A stretch of 64,000 nt of DNA from a virus (Duplodnaviria; Caudoviricetes): IMG/VR virus record IMGVR_UViG_3300028888_000049. One strand, 5' to 3'. The position numbers and the translations under genes are program-made. Each line of letters starts with the position of its first letter. The first letter of the stretch is position 1. Shown one piece after another: positions 40,610 to 51,383 of the stretch. The notes beneath the pieces were generated by a model. The model was not told where the DNA came from and did not search any database. It saw only the letters and a list, made by a program, of their open reading frames with translations.

Positions 40610-41161
40610 TCAGTCAATTTCATCGCCCGCCAAGAAGTAGTTGTAACTGAAGCTTGCACTGATAGTTACTGGATCAGAACTAGAAGCACTGATAGTCGGG
40701 AAAGAAATCTCGTTAGGGAATACATCATACAGACGAATATCATAACGAGTCATACCTTCCGGTTTTGGCTCATATACATCAGGATTCAGAAGAGCAATAT
40801 TAACAGTCGCTGTATATTCATCTAACAGAGAAATAGTACCATTTTTGAAGTTATGGTAGGTATTGCACCAAACTTTCAGAGCTTCGGTAATCTCGGAGTC
40901 CCAAACCTCTGTAAATTCAACGGCCCAATCCCCTGCACGCGTCTGCTTGCCGGCGTAGCGCCTTTCGAAGCCACCCCATTGAACTACGGTCTTGTCGCCG
41001 GTGAATTTAGGAAAGCCGTAAGATTGGCAGCGTAGTTCGAGGTCTTTTGTTTTGATAAGTTGTGTAAGAGGAGAGCCAGGTTTAAAGCTGATGACCCAGG
41101 TAGATACGAACATCTTCAAAGGGTCTTTTAAATTTTGTACACTAGCTAAAGTATGTAACAT
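40610..41161 (-). CDS. Tail tube protein (T4 gp19-like)
   Basis: LELRCQS..FP, RRYAGKQT..GDWAVEFTE, LYDVFPNEIS, FSYNY. Confidence 0.75.
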   Translation of the reverse strand: MLHTLASVQNLKDPLKMFVSTWVISFKPGSPLTQLIKTKDLELRCQSYGFPKFTGDKTVVQWGGFERRYAGKQTRAGDWAVEFTEVWDSEITEALKVWCNTYHNFKNGTISLLDEYTATVNIALLNPDVYEPKPEGMTRYDIRLYDVFPNEISFPTISASSSDPVTISASFSYNYFLAGDEID

Positions 41162-41262
41162 GTTTTATATTCCTTATTATAGCTATAATTAATGTAAATC
41201 GATTAACATATATTAGAACAAGGAAAGTGTAAGTTTTAGCTAGTGATATGAAATTTATGGAG

Positions 41263-41343
41263 TTAGAGAGGTATGATTAGTGTAATGATGAAGAGGATGA
41301 TGATTGTGAGTATGAAGAGAGGTGTTGTTATGTTTTGTTCCAT
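41263..41343 (-). CDS. 26 aa hydrophobic peptide MEQNITTPLFILTIIILFIITLIIPL
   Basis: GGGAG RBS upstream of ATG at 41343, TAA at 41263-41265; upstream GGGGCAA/TTGCCCC stem. Confidence 0.45.
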   Translation of the reverse strand: MEQNITTPLFILTIIILFIITLIIPL

Positions 41344-41636
41344 GTTCGTATCTCCCTGGTATGTATGAAGTGGGGCAAAGATTTGTAGGTTTTGAGATTT
41401 GGAGGTATTATGGTTTGATCCTTGCCCCGTAAGTTTTATTTCTGAGATACATACTATATATACAGTCTATATTAGTTGTTTCTTTTATTATGCCAAAATA
41501 TGTTATTAAGTTTCTTATTTTTAAAAGTAAGCGTTTGGTTATATCACTATATTTTTATAGTCTTAATAATATATTATATTTTTATATAAATTTGAGATAT
41601 ATATGTATATATAAGTATGTATCTTTTTTTCAGAAA

Positions 41637-42449
41637 TTAAGTCCTTTGTTTAATAGAGATGGTAGCTTTATCTGAATGAAGATAAGCTAGTAGATCTCTA
41701 TATTCTTTATTATACCGTATAGCATATTTTGGATAATGTTTTTTACGGTATTGGTATATATTAGATAAGAATTCTTCTTTTGTTTTTGGGTTTATATTAT
41801 TCATAATATTACTTATTATTTTATAGGCGCCCCCAGAACCATGTTGGATGATAGTAGATTTTATTGCAGCTTGGATAGCATTATTTGTCGAACTCCATGA
41901 TGTTACTCTATCTAGTCTTTTGTTGTGACTTTTATCCATACGATAGTAAACTGGTTTTATCTGTGTATCGTGAATAAATTTGTCGTAAAGGTCCCTGAAA
42001 TCGGATTTTCGTGCAAGGGATTTCCAAGTATTAATAAAATGCTTATCACCTTTAAACGCAGCAGGTTGTCCACCGACCGAATTTAGTATATGATAAGTTT
42101 TGGGGGAATGTTCTTGAACGTATTTCATGAAAAAATCAAATGTGGAAGGTTTATTGTTTTTTCGCCAAGTAGATATTTGTAATTTACCATATGAATATCC
42201 ACCGTAACAATCTTTAGATATTGCACTATAACCTTTACCACCATTTTCATATTTTGCTATAATCTCATGATTAGTATTTAAAGCATCATAATTAGTTCTA
42301 GCAGTTGCGTTAATTGAATTTAAAATTAATGTTCCACTTATTACAGCAAATGTCGTCCAAGAGTTAATGTTTATATTTAACATATTCTCTGTCCTAGTTT
42401 GTTGTGCTTCTTTTAATGCTTTTGAAACTATTTCTTCGAATTTTGGCAT
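41637..42449 (-). CDS. Lysozyme-like peptidoglycan hydrolase (VgrG3 C-terminal-like)
   Basis: IAKYENGG..Y.AIS.D.YGG.SYG.LQIS, F..TWK.LA, STIIQHG.GG. Confidence 0.65.
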   Translation of the reverse strand: MPKFEEIVSKALKEAQQTRTENMLNININSWTTFAVISGTLILNSINATARTNYDALNTNHEIIAKYENGGKGYSAISKDCYGGYSYGKLQISTWRKNNKPSTFDFFMKYVQEHSPKTYHILNSVGGQPAAFKGDKHFINTWKSLARKSDFRDLYDKFIHDTQIKPVYYRMDKSHNKRLDRVTSWSSTNNAIQAAIKSTIIQHGSGGAYKIISNIMNNINPKTKEEFLSNIYQYRKKHYPKYAIRYNKEYRDLLAYLHSDKATISIKQRT

Positions 42450-42642
42450 AAGATATAGAACAGTGTAATTTTATCAAAATGGATTTCTCCTCTGTTATTA
42501 AAACACAAAAGTTAATATATGTTATTGAAATTAAAGTGTAAAGCCAAAAATTCTTAAAAATTCATATTTTATGGTTTTACATCTGTGAATTAGAGTGATA
42601 TATATTATAATAAGAGTATAAACTTTATAAAGGATATAGTAT

Positions 42643-43104
42643 ATGGGTTTTGATCTTAATGATGTTTGGAGTATAGCTACTTCTCAATTAATTAAAAACT
42701 TAGTTTTAAATGAACTTAACGAAATAAATAAAGAATATGCTAAAAAATATGAATTGCTATGTAAAATATATTCTCCTTCAACCGCTTATGAAATGATACT
42801 TGAGCTTTTAACAGATGGAGAGAAAGCTAAGCTCAAACAGCTTGATAAATATTTAGCAATATACTCAGGAGATAAATAAATGAAACACTTTTATTATGTA
42901 TACAATCGTAGTTGTGAAAAACCAGTTCATAGACATGGTACATTAGAAGAAGCTGTAGTAGAAGCTATCAGATTAGCAGAACAAGAACATAAAAGTTATT
43001 ATGTATTAGAATCTGTAGCTAAAATTGTTTATAATCATGATGACAGTTCTACTATATATGAAGGACGTCAATTAGAAATGAAAGAACAAAAACTGAATGA
43101 CTAA
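42643..43104 (+). CDS. Two hypothetical genes (42643-42879, 42880-43104)
   Basis: Downstream of a TTTACA-N17-TATATA promoter at 42576-42604. Confidence 0.6.
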
Positions 43105-43696
43105 AGTAAGTATAATCGTACCAGTATATAATACAGAAAAATATTTATGTAGATGTTTAGATTCATTAGTTAAACAAACACTAAAAGATATTGAAATTAT
43201 TTGTATTGATGATGCTAGTACAGATAATAGTAAAAATATCATTAAAGAATATGAAAAGAAATATACAAATGTAAAAGGATATTATCTTACTATAAATAAA
43301 GGCGTTGCAAATGCTCGTAATATTGGACTAAATAAAAGTCAAGGTGAGTTTATAGGCTTTTGTGATTCTGATGATTTTGTTGATGAAGGTTATTTTGAGA
43401 ATTTATATAATCAATCTAAAACATATGATTTAATTAGAGGAATACGTTTAATAGATAAAAGACATGGTAAAAACGAATATGGATGTTTAGTACCTAGTAT
43501 AATAAGAAGAACTTTTTTAATACAAAATAATCTTAGATTTCCAAATAAAAATATCGGTGAAGATAGTACATTAAAAAGATGGATATATAATCATACTGAT
43601 AAAATTTTAGAAGTAGAAGATAATGGTCAATATTATCATTATATGAAAAGAGCAGGATCACTGTCTAATTATAATATAGAGGAGAAAAATGAGTAA
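43097..43696 (+). CDS. Glycosyltransferase family 2
   Basis: VSIIVPVYN.EKYL..CLDSL, IDDASTD, ARNIGL, FCDSDD, GED. Confidence 0.93.
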   Translation: MTKVSIIVPVYNTEKYLCRCLDSLVKQTLKDIEIICIDDASTDNSKNIIKEYEKKYTNVKGYYLTINKGVANARNIGLNKSQGEFIGFCDSDDFVDEGYFENLYNQSKTYDLIRGIRLIDKRHGKNEYGCLVPSIIRRTFLIQNNLRFPNKNIGEDSTLKRWIYNHTDKILEVEDNGQYYHYMKRAGSLSNYNIEEKNE

Positions 43697-44384
43697 ACCT
43701 TTAGTATCAATTATTTTAACATTATATGAAATTAAAAAAGAATATTTATTAGAATGTCTTGAATCTATATTAAATCAATCTTATGATAACATAGAAATAA
43801 TTGCGATAGATGATTGCTCTCCTACAGTTAAATATGATGATATAACAAAATTATCTCCAAAAATACATCTTTATCATAATAAAACTAATCTTAAAATGAA
43901 TAAGACAGTAAATAAAGGTTTTTCATTAGCTAAAGGTAAATATATAATAAGATTAGGTAGTGATGATATATTTGCTAAAACAATGATTGAAGAAGAAGTT
44001 AATTTTCTTGAAAAATTTCACGAATACGGAGCTGTTTGTTGTGAATTAGAAAGATTTGGAAGAAGAACTAACGTAATACATCGACCAAAAGAATGGAATC
44101 TTAATAAAATCATAAATGAAAGACAATTAGCTGGTACTGGTTATGCTGGTGGTATGATGTTCAGAAAAGATTTATTAAAAAATTGTTCTATCGATGAAAG
44201 TCTTAAAATATGTGAAGATTTTGATTTTCAACTACAGATATTACATCATATGCCTATCGCTAGTATTCATAAAGTACTTTATTACTATAGATCACATGAA
44301 ACAAACATTTGTAGATCAGTATCAACGAATGACCGACTTACCTTAATTGATAAAATCTTAGAAAAGCATAAATTACTTTTATAA
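43689..44384 (+). CDS. Glycosyltransferase family 2
   Basis: LVSII, ECLESILNQSY, IDDCS, RLGSDD, EDFDF, YYYRSH. Confidence 0.92.
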   Translation: MSKPLVSIILTLYEIKKEYLLECLESILNQSYDNIEIIAIDDCSPTVKYDDITKLSPKIHLYHNKTNLKMNKTVNKGFSLAKGKYIIRLGSDDIFAKTMIEEEVNFLEKFHEYGAVCCELERFGRRTNVIHRPKEWNLNKIINERQLAGTGYAGGMMFRKDLLKNCSIDESLKICEDFDFQLQILHHMPIASIHKVLYYYRSHETNICRSVSTNDRLTLIDKILEKHKLLL

Positions 44385-44400
44385 TTAATAGTTCTATATA

Positions 44401-44458
44401 ATGTGGCTAGGCTCGCTACCGAAAAGAGTACAACTCATACTCCTGCCACTCTCTTTTT
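44401..44458 (+). promoter_or_regulatory. Structured leader upstream of endonuclease gene
   Basis: GTGGCTAGG/CCTGCCAC closing stem with inner GAGTA/TACTC hairpin, directly after GTTCTA element at 44391. Confidence 0.5.
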
Positions 44459-44460
44459 AA

Positions 44461-45930
44461 TTGAGTACTATATGGAGATATAGAATTATGTCTAGTAAAT
44501 ATGATTGTATTTCAGATGAAATTTTAATAGAATTATATATTAACCAAAATTTACCAATATCAGTAGTAGCCAAAAAATTAAATGGCAGTAAAACACAAAT
44601 TAGACTCTTACTTATAAAAAGAGGTATTATAAAATCAAAAGAATTACGTCATCAACAATATACTAATACTTTAAATGAATTTTATGCAAATCGTACAGAA
44701 GAGCAATATCTTCATAAAAGTAGAGCTTGTAAAGATAGATGGAATAATTCTACAGAAGAAGAAAAAATAGAATGGATGAAGCCATTAAATAAAGTAAATG
44801 CTCATAGATCTCCTGAACATGAAGCTGCATTAATAAAATCATATAAAAATTTTTTAAAAAATGAATCAAAAGAAGATAGAGCTATACGTTTAGAAAATAT
44901 AAGAATTAGTACTACTAAAGCTATTAAAAATATGTCTCCTGAAACAAAAGCAAAAGCATCTGAAAAAAGAAAAAACACTTGGAATAATAAAACTGAAGAC
45001 GAAAAACGAAAAATTAAAGAAAAAAGACAAAAAACTATGTCTGCAAAATCATTAGAAGAAAAATCAAGTTATATAGAAAAAGGAAGACTTACAAAACTAA
45101 AAAACGGAACGCTTTTTACATCTAACGATGAAAATATATTTATAAACTATTTAAATGAATTAGGCTATAAAACTAGTAAATTTTATTTAAAAGAACATAT
45201 AAATACGACTACAAAATCCGAAATAGATATCTATATAGATGAACAAAAACTCGGGATTGAAATTAATGGAATATACTTTCATAGTATAAATGGAAAAAAT
45301 CATCGTGACAAATATTATCATTATAATAAAACAGAAGATGCAAGATTAAATAATTTCAGTTTAATTCACTTATGGGAAGATTGGATACATACAAATTTAG
45401 AAACATGTAAAAATATATTATTTAATAGACTAGATTTGTCTCATACAAAAACATTAGACACTCTTAATTATATACAAATAAATCAGAATGTATTTGAAGA
45501 TTTAAGAAAAAATTTTACACTAGATTATTCAAAAACTTATGCTAATATGTATAAAGTAATGAATAATACAGAATGTTATGCCATTCTAGGCTTGAATATT
45601 AAAGACAGAATCATAGAATTTAATTTATTCGAAAATCCTTTATACAAAATATCAAACTTAATACAAAGTACTATTAAATTCATAATAAATACTTTTAATC
45701 CAAATAAAATATATACATCATTAATGAGAGATATCTATATTGCTGATAATTATCTTAATAATAGCTTCGTCCTAGTAAATTATACAGAGCCAAATAGATT
45801 TTTAATAAAAGGCAATTACCAAAGATTTTATACAGATATCTCTGTTTCTGAATTAAAAAATCAAGAAAATACAAATAATATATTTGAATGTTATGGATCT
45901 GGATATATAAAATTAGAATATAAAGAATAG
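44461..45930 (+). mobile_element. Hef-like homing endonuclease (HTH, helical repeats, Vsr-like nuclease); likely start ATG 44488
   Basis: EIDIYI...LGIEINGIYFHS, LIHLWEDW, C-terminal ECYGSG. Confidence 0.75.
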
Positions 45931-46013
45931 TTTTTATGACTTTTGACTAGTTCTATATAATCAGTTATATAATTTTATAAGTTTTATTTGCAAATCAAAC
46001 TAGGATTTTCTAA

Positions 46014-48818
46014 ATGTCAGATAAATTAAAGAAAGATCAAGCTTCAGGTAGATATTTTTTATATGAATCTACTGAATTTAATGTAAAACCAGTAATTTCT
46101 AAAGATTTAAAAGAATCTCTAAAGATTTCAAACGGAAAAGCCGGCACTCTTATCGTAAGAAACGTACCAGTCACAATTCTTAATAGAGAAAATATGAACG
46201 GGCGTATCTATACAACACAAGTTTTGGAAGAAGCTATTGCTGAATGTAAGCGTCTTAACAAATTTGCTGATAAGATGCTTTTATCGAAGCCGGATGAACA
46301 TCCGGAAGATTCGTTCATCCCTCCTTCAAAAGCATCACATGCTGTTATTAATTGTTATATTAAAAAGAATGTACCGATCGTAGTTGAAGGTAAAAAAGAA
46401 CGTCATGATGTTCTTTTCCAAGACTGGGAAATCTTTAATACAGCAAATGGTAAAGATATGCGTGCATTAGTAGAAGCTGGTGTATCATTTGGTGTTTCTA
46501 TTCGTGGTTTAGGCGATCTAGAAGGCAAATACGTAAAAAATTATAGTTTACTTGGAACTGATCTTGTAGGGAACCCAAGTTCTTCTACGTTTTCTGGTAT
46601 GCCCGTTGCTGAATCTGTTGTTGAATCTGTAAATGAAGATAAGTCTAAAAAGCCATTAAAAGAAGAGTTTGTTGTTTCTAGTTCTTCAACAACTGTTATG
46701 AAAGATATAGAACAAGCTTCTAAATTAGCTATGGAAATTGATGAACTTAATTATGGTACTGTTGTAAAGACATCTACAAAAGTTGATGATGAAACAGATC
46801 CTAAGACTGGTGTTTCTACAAGTTTAGTTACGTTTGAAGCTGAAACAGAAGATAAAGCAACTGATTTAGATACAGCTTTAATGTTAGCTAAAAGAGCTAT
46901 TTTAAATGGTAAAGTTGATATTGATTCTGTTACTATTGAAAACGTTAAAGAAGATCAACCGAAAGAATCTGCTGAAAATAATGACGCTTCTGTATTAAAA
47001 GAAGAAGAAAAAGATCCAATGTATTTAGCTTTGAAGAAAAGTAATTATTATCGTTTTAACACACCTGAAGAATATATGAAGTTTATAAATGATAATGTTA
47101 AATATCTTGATAATGGTTATTCATTACCAGAAGCTGAAGAAATTTTTGCTGAGTATACTGATGGTAAAATTAGTCCTGAATTAGCTTGTCATAAACTTGA
47201 AGGATTTGTTGGTAATATTATAAATAAAACTTTTAATAAAGATATTCCAGCATTAAATGAAGATGAGAACAATGATGATGCTGATGATACTGAGCGTTAT
47301 GGAGTATGTGGTTGGTGCGGTGAAAAATTGCCATTATCTGATTTAAAGAAAGAAAAAGATTTAGGATATGTATGCAATCATTGTGCTAAAGGTCTTGCAT
47401 CTCGTGAAGGTCCGCTTAATTTTGAAGATGAATATGTACCTGAATCTAAAATGAATAAAATGAGTACTGTAAAAGAAGCTAAAGAAGAAAAAGAAGAAGA
47501 TCCAAATACAGGTAAGAAATTTATCTTAAAAACTCCCCAAGGTTTTGTCGCTATGGATGGTAATGCATTGGTATTTAAACAAAATCCTAAAGAAGCATTA
47601 CATTTTATTGTTGGCAAAGAAGAAACGGGATTAGTACATCTTTCTAAAGTACAAGAAATTTTAGATACTATGGGTGTCTATGATGTAGAAAAGTACTATA
47701 AAAAAGATATCACAGATATTAGTGCTCCGGAAGAAGGTAACGGAATTGCTCCTAAGGGTGATTCTGAATTTGCTCCAAAAGAAGAATCTAGTGAAGAATT
47801 AACAGAAGATAATGGAAGCAATACAAGATTTTCTGCACAAGTTGCTTATGATAAAGGTAATGGTAATCTTGAGACAAATACTGTTCCTGTTTCTGGTGTT
47901 GAATTAGATAGTATTCTTGCCGAAGTAGGTAATTTATATGATATGAAATCGCAAAAAGCAGATGGTACTGTATCTATTAAAGTTACTGATACACAAACTG
48001 GACAAGTTTACCAATATAATAAACAAAATAATTCATTAGATCCTATACAAAGTGCTGATACAAATATGGCAGATGTTCAACAAGAACCACAACTCGATGC
48101 TCCTATTCAAGAAGCTAATGGTGAAATTGAACAAAAAGCTAATGAATTAAAAGTTGACTTAGATAAAGATCATTCAGTTACAAAGAAGTTTGATACTGTA
48201 GCTCAAGCTAGTATTGCAAAAGCTGGTATGGAACAAGGTAAATTGAATGGTGACGTCATGCTCAGTGAAGAAGATCAAAAATACGAAGATGCTCCTGATT
48301 ATGGTGAAGAAAATGTTGAATTTGGTTGGTATGCATTAAGTCCTAATACTGATGCTCAGGGTAGACCTGATTTAATTGGACCATTTGAAAGTGAAGAAGA
48401 AGCAAATAATGCTCTTGCTGAAGTAATTGATATGGTTGAAATCTTTGAAGTTACTCCAGATGGTATTCACCAAGGAAATGATATGGCATTAGCAGCAGAG
48501 TCTAATTTAGATGAAAAGATTTTCTCTAATCCTACGAACCCTTCTGATGAATTTGTATCTGTTCCATTAAAAGATAGTGATAATTTAAAATTTAGTTTAG
48601 ACAATATTGATTGGGATATTGATAGTGTTGTTAATAAACTTTATGATGGTGAATTTGTAGATATTGACAATTTACCAGATCATTTAGAAGTTGAATTAAC
48701 AGAAGATGAATTCAAAAATGTTGCTAATGTTGAAGAATTAATGAACGTTATCAAAAATAAAGCTTCAGAACAAATCGGTATTAAAATTAATAATGCCGTT
48801 TTAGATAGAATTGCTTAA
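46014..48818 (+). CDS. Prohead protease (T4 gp21-like) fused to a long acidic core/scaffold region
   Basis: NRENMNGRIY, DEHP, SHAV, GVSIRGLG, DLVGNPS; acidic C-terminal ~730 aa. Confidence 0.85.
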   Translation: MSDKLKKDQASGRYFLYESTEFNVKPVISKDLKESLKISNGKAGTLIVRNVPVTILNRENMNGRIYTTQVLEEAIAECKRLNKFADKMLLSKPDEHPEDSFIPPSKASHAVINCYIKKNVPIVVEGKKERHDVLFQDWEIFNTANGKDMRALVEAGVSFGVSIRGLGDLEGKYVKNYSLLGTDLVGNPSSSTFSGMPVAESVVESVNEDKSKKPLKEEFVVSSSSTTVMKDIEQASKLAMEIDELNYGTVVKTSTKVDDETDPKTGVSTSLVTFEAETEDKATDLDTALMLAKRAILNGKVDIDSVTIENVKEDQPKESAENNDASVLKEEEKDPMYLALKKSNYYRFNTPEEYMKFINDNVKYLDNGYSLPEAEEIFAEYTDGKISPELACHKLEGFVGNIINKTFNKDIPALNEDENNDDADDTERYGVCGWCGEKLPLSDLKKEKDLGYVCNHCAKGLASREGPLNFEDEYVPESKMNKMSTVKEAKEEKEEDPNTGKKFILKTPQGFVAMDGNALVFKQNPKEALHFIVGKEETGLVHLSKVQEILDTMGVYDVEKYYKKDITDISAPEEGNGIAPKGDSEFAPKEESSEELTEDNGSNTRFSAQVAYDKGNGNLETNTVPVSGVELDSILAEVGNLYDMKSQKADGTVSIKVTDTQTGQVYQYNKQNNSLDPIQSADTNMADVQQEPQLDAPIQEANGEIEQKANELKVDLDKDHSVTKKFDTVAQASIAKAGMEQGKLNGDVMLSEEDQKYEDAPDYGEENVEFGWYALSPNTDAQGRPDLIGPFESEEEANNALAEVIDMVEIFEVTPDGIHQGNDMALAAESNLDEKIFSNPTNPSDEFVSVPLKDSDNLKFSLDNIDWDIDSVVNKLYDGEFVDIDNLPDHLEVELTEDEFKNVANVEELMNVIKNKASEQIGIKINNAVLDRIA

Positions 48819-48886
48819 AATAAACAGTTCTATATATCGTAAATAGTTTATACTAATTTTTATCAATATTTACTAGATTATATAAG

Positions 48887-49630
48887 GTGATTAGAAACAT
48901 GACAAAAGATGAAATCTTAAAAAGTATTAAAGCTTTGAAAGAATCTAATGCTTTGAACGTTAAAAAAGCAGAAGATACTTTGCAAAACATTGATGCAAAA
49001 GAAGTAAGTGATGCTAAAGTTGCTCAAGGTATCACAGGTTTGACATCAGAATTGCCGACGCAAAAAGATGTTGAAAAAGAAGTTAATAAAGACGAAGGAC
49101 CGATCGTTCCTGCTGATAAAGATGGCGTTTCAAAGAACGGTGGTGAGTCTGATAAACTTGAAGATGGTAAAGTAGAAGCAGAGCGTAAGAAAGAAGATAA
49201 TGGTATGAAAGACGTTATCAATGTTTCTGATCGCAAAGTTGAAGAAAATGCTGAATCTACAGCTGAATTGTTAAATCAATTGAAAGAAGCTGCAGCTCGT
49301 GAAGAAAAATATAAGAAAGAAGTTGCAACGATGAAAAAGCTGTGTGAAGAAGCTATCGAAATGCAAGGTAAAGCTTTAACAGAATTACATGCTAAGAAAA
49401 TGCATACAGTTTTTGAAGCTATTGTTGCTAAAGGTGAAGCTCTTGAAAAAGAAATGAACGAAGCCAAGATTAAAAATGAAAAATTGTATAAATCGGCTCA
49501 AAAATTGTACGAAGGTTCTACTCGTTTGAATAAAATCTTGTTAGAAGCTGTTAAGAAAGCTCAACCAGAAAAGAAGATGACACGTTATATGTCTGCTTCT
49601 GCTCGTGCTATGGCTGCTTTCAATAAGTAA
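48887..49630 (+). CDS. Probable prohead scaffold/core protein (likely start ATG 48899)
   Basis: Glu/Lys coiled-coil protein directly after the protease. Confidence 0.6.
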   Translation: MIRNMTKDEILKSIKALKESNALNVKKAEDTLQNIDAKEVSDAKVAQGITGLTSELPTQKDVEKEVNKDEGPIVPADKDGVSKNGGESDKLEDGKVEAERKKEDNGMKDVINVSDRKVEENAESTAELLNQLKEAAAREEKYKKEVATMKKLCEEAIEMQGKALTELHAKKMHTVFEAIVAKGEALEKEMNEAKIKNEKLYKSAQKLYEGSTRLNKILLEAVKKAQPEKKMTRYMSASARAMAAFNK

Positions 49631-49652
49631 TTTGCATTTTATAGTCATTAAG

Positions 49653-49685
49653 AGAGAGTTGGTATAAAAGCTGACTCTCTTTTTC
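49653..49685 (+). terminator. Intrinsic terminator
   Basis: AGAGAGTTGG/CTGACTCTCT stem plus T-tract. Confidence 0.75.
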
Positions 49686-49703
49686 TATACAGTTCTAATA
49701 GTT

Positions 49704-50393
49704 ATGAATAGATTTATTGAAATACTATTAAATTTTATAAGTAAGCTTTTTAAATCTTCTAGCAACAGTATTGAGGAGAAACCTGTCATGAATAAATTCT
49801 TATCAGATCAAGATTTTAGAGACTTAGGTATTGAATTTGGTATAGAACCTGCTTGTATTAGAGCTATTTTTAAAGTAGAAGCAGGTGGAAAATCAGGTTT
49901 CTTACAAGCAGATCCTTCTAAACCAGTAACATTAGAAGAAGGACACATATTTTATAAGTACGGTAAACAAAAAGGACTAGATGTAGACAGTTTATGTGTT
50001 TCTTATCCTACAATATGCTATAAAAGTTGGACAAAACAATATTATAAGACTGGATTAGCTGAATATGCTAGATATGAATTAGCAGCAAGTGTCAATCAAG
50101 AAGTTGCTATGTTAGCTACAAGCTGGGGTTGTGGTCAAGTTATGGGATTTAATTATAAAGCTTGTGGATATAGTACTGTAAAAGCCTTTGTAAATGATAT
50201 GTATTTGTCTGAAAAGTTACAATTACGAGCTATGTGTATGTTTATAAAGTCTAATACTAAGATGTTTAATGCTTTAAAAACTAAAGACTGGAAAACTTTT
50301 GCCAGTTGTTATAATGGTCCTGGTTATGCGAGCAATAAATATGATAGTAAATTAGCTAAAGCTTATGAAGACTATTCAAAAATATACGTATAA
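49704..50393 (+). CDS. N-acetylmuramidase endolysin (DUF3380-type)
   Basis: AIFKVEAGG.SGF, EGHIFY, TSWG.GQVMGFNY, W..FA..YNGPGY..N.YD.KL..AY. Confidence 0.9.
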   Translation: MNRFIEILLNFISKLFKSSSNSIEEKPVMNKFLSDQDFRDLGIEFGIEPACIRAIFKVEAGGKSGFLQADPSKPVTLEEGHIFYKYGKQKGLDVDSLCVSYPTICYKSWTKQYYKTGLAEYARYELAASVNQEVAMLATSWGCGQVMGFNYKACGYSTVKAFVNDMYLSEKLQLRAMCMFIKSNTKMFNALKTKDWKTFASCYNGPGYASNKYDSKLAKAYEDYSKIYV

Positions 50394-50471
50394 CAGAAAA
50401 ATAATTTAAAAAATTCTAAAATTTTTGTAATTCTATAATATATAAGTAGTAATAAAAGTAATGGTGATAGT

Positions 50472-50930
50472 ATGGGTTATTTATTAAATGTCGACAATTT
50501 ACTTAATGGATATATTACAGATGAATTTAAAAGTAAAGTTTGTGATACTATTAGTTTTGCTATAGAACATTCTGCTAACCTTAATAAATCAAATGAAGAG
50601 ATAATTGGCGAAATACTTAATTATAATCTAGAATGTAAGTTACAAGAAGCTGCTAATGACTTATATCTAAAATTACCTGAGAAATATAGTTTAAAAAAGC
50701 ACAACTTTAACGAATGCGCTGATATTATTAGCGAATTTATAAGTCATTGTGCTATTTCTGAAACCTTTAAAAAAAGAAGTATTATATTTGAAATTGGTAA
50801 AAATAAAAGTAAATTTGATTTCATACAAACCATTCTTGAAATTATAGCAAAAGACGATGAAATGTTTAATTTCACATTAAAAACTAATAAAGAGCGCTCT
50901 GCAATTAAACTTACATTAACAGCTAAATAA
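50472..50930 (+). CDS. Hypothetical protein
   Basis: 152 aa ORF behind an AAAAATAAT...TTCTATA element. Confidence 0.6.
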   Translation: MGYLLNVDNLLNGYITDEFKSKVCDTISFAIEHSANLNKSNEEIIGEILNYNLECKLQEAANDLYLKLPEKYSLKKHNFNECADIISEFISHCAISETFKKRSIIFEIGKNKSKFDFIQTILEIIAKDDEMFNFTLKTNKERSAIKLTLTAK

Positions 50931-51383
50931 AATAAGATGCTGGTAATGGAATAAATAATTGATCTAAACCTTCAGTATTACAAATTGTTCGAATTAAACC
51001 ACCTGGAATACGTGTATAAGTAACACTAAATCCATTCATGTTATATTTTCCATCAACAGATTCAAATAGTTTAAGCTTTTTAAGAACTTCTTCTTGTATT
51101 TCTGTATAAATTATATCCTTTTTCTTAAACATATCTAAAACCTTATTGTTTGTGAAATATAATCTATAATATTTGGCATTTCTGCTATATCACTATCTGT
51201 TAAGAGTAATGTCTTATTATTATAAGTAAGAACATTTTCGTTGATAACAAACTTATTATCAACAAAGTCTTTTAGTTCTTTTAATGACAGATACATCTGT
51301 TTCTTGTTTGCTGCAATTAGTTTAATACCTGTTTCATCAAGATTAATTACTCTCATTATATTAAATATCCTTTTATTAACCAA
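50923..51383 (-). CDS. Two small hypothetical genes (50923-51132; 51135 to ~51356/51383)
   Basis: Behind a TTTACA promoter at 51419-51425. Confidence 0.55.
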
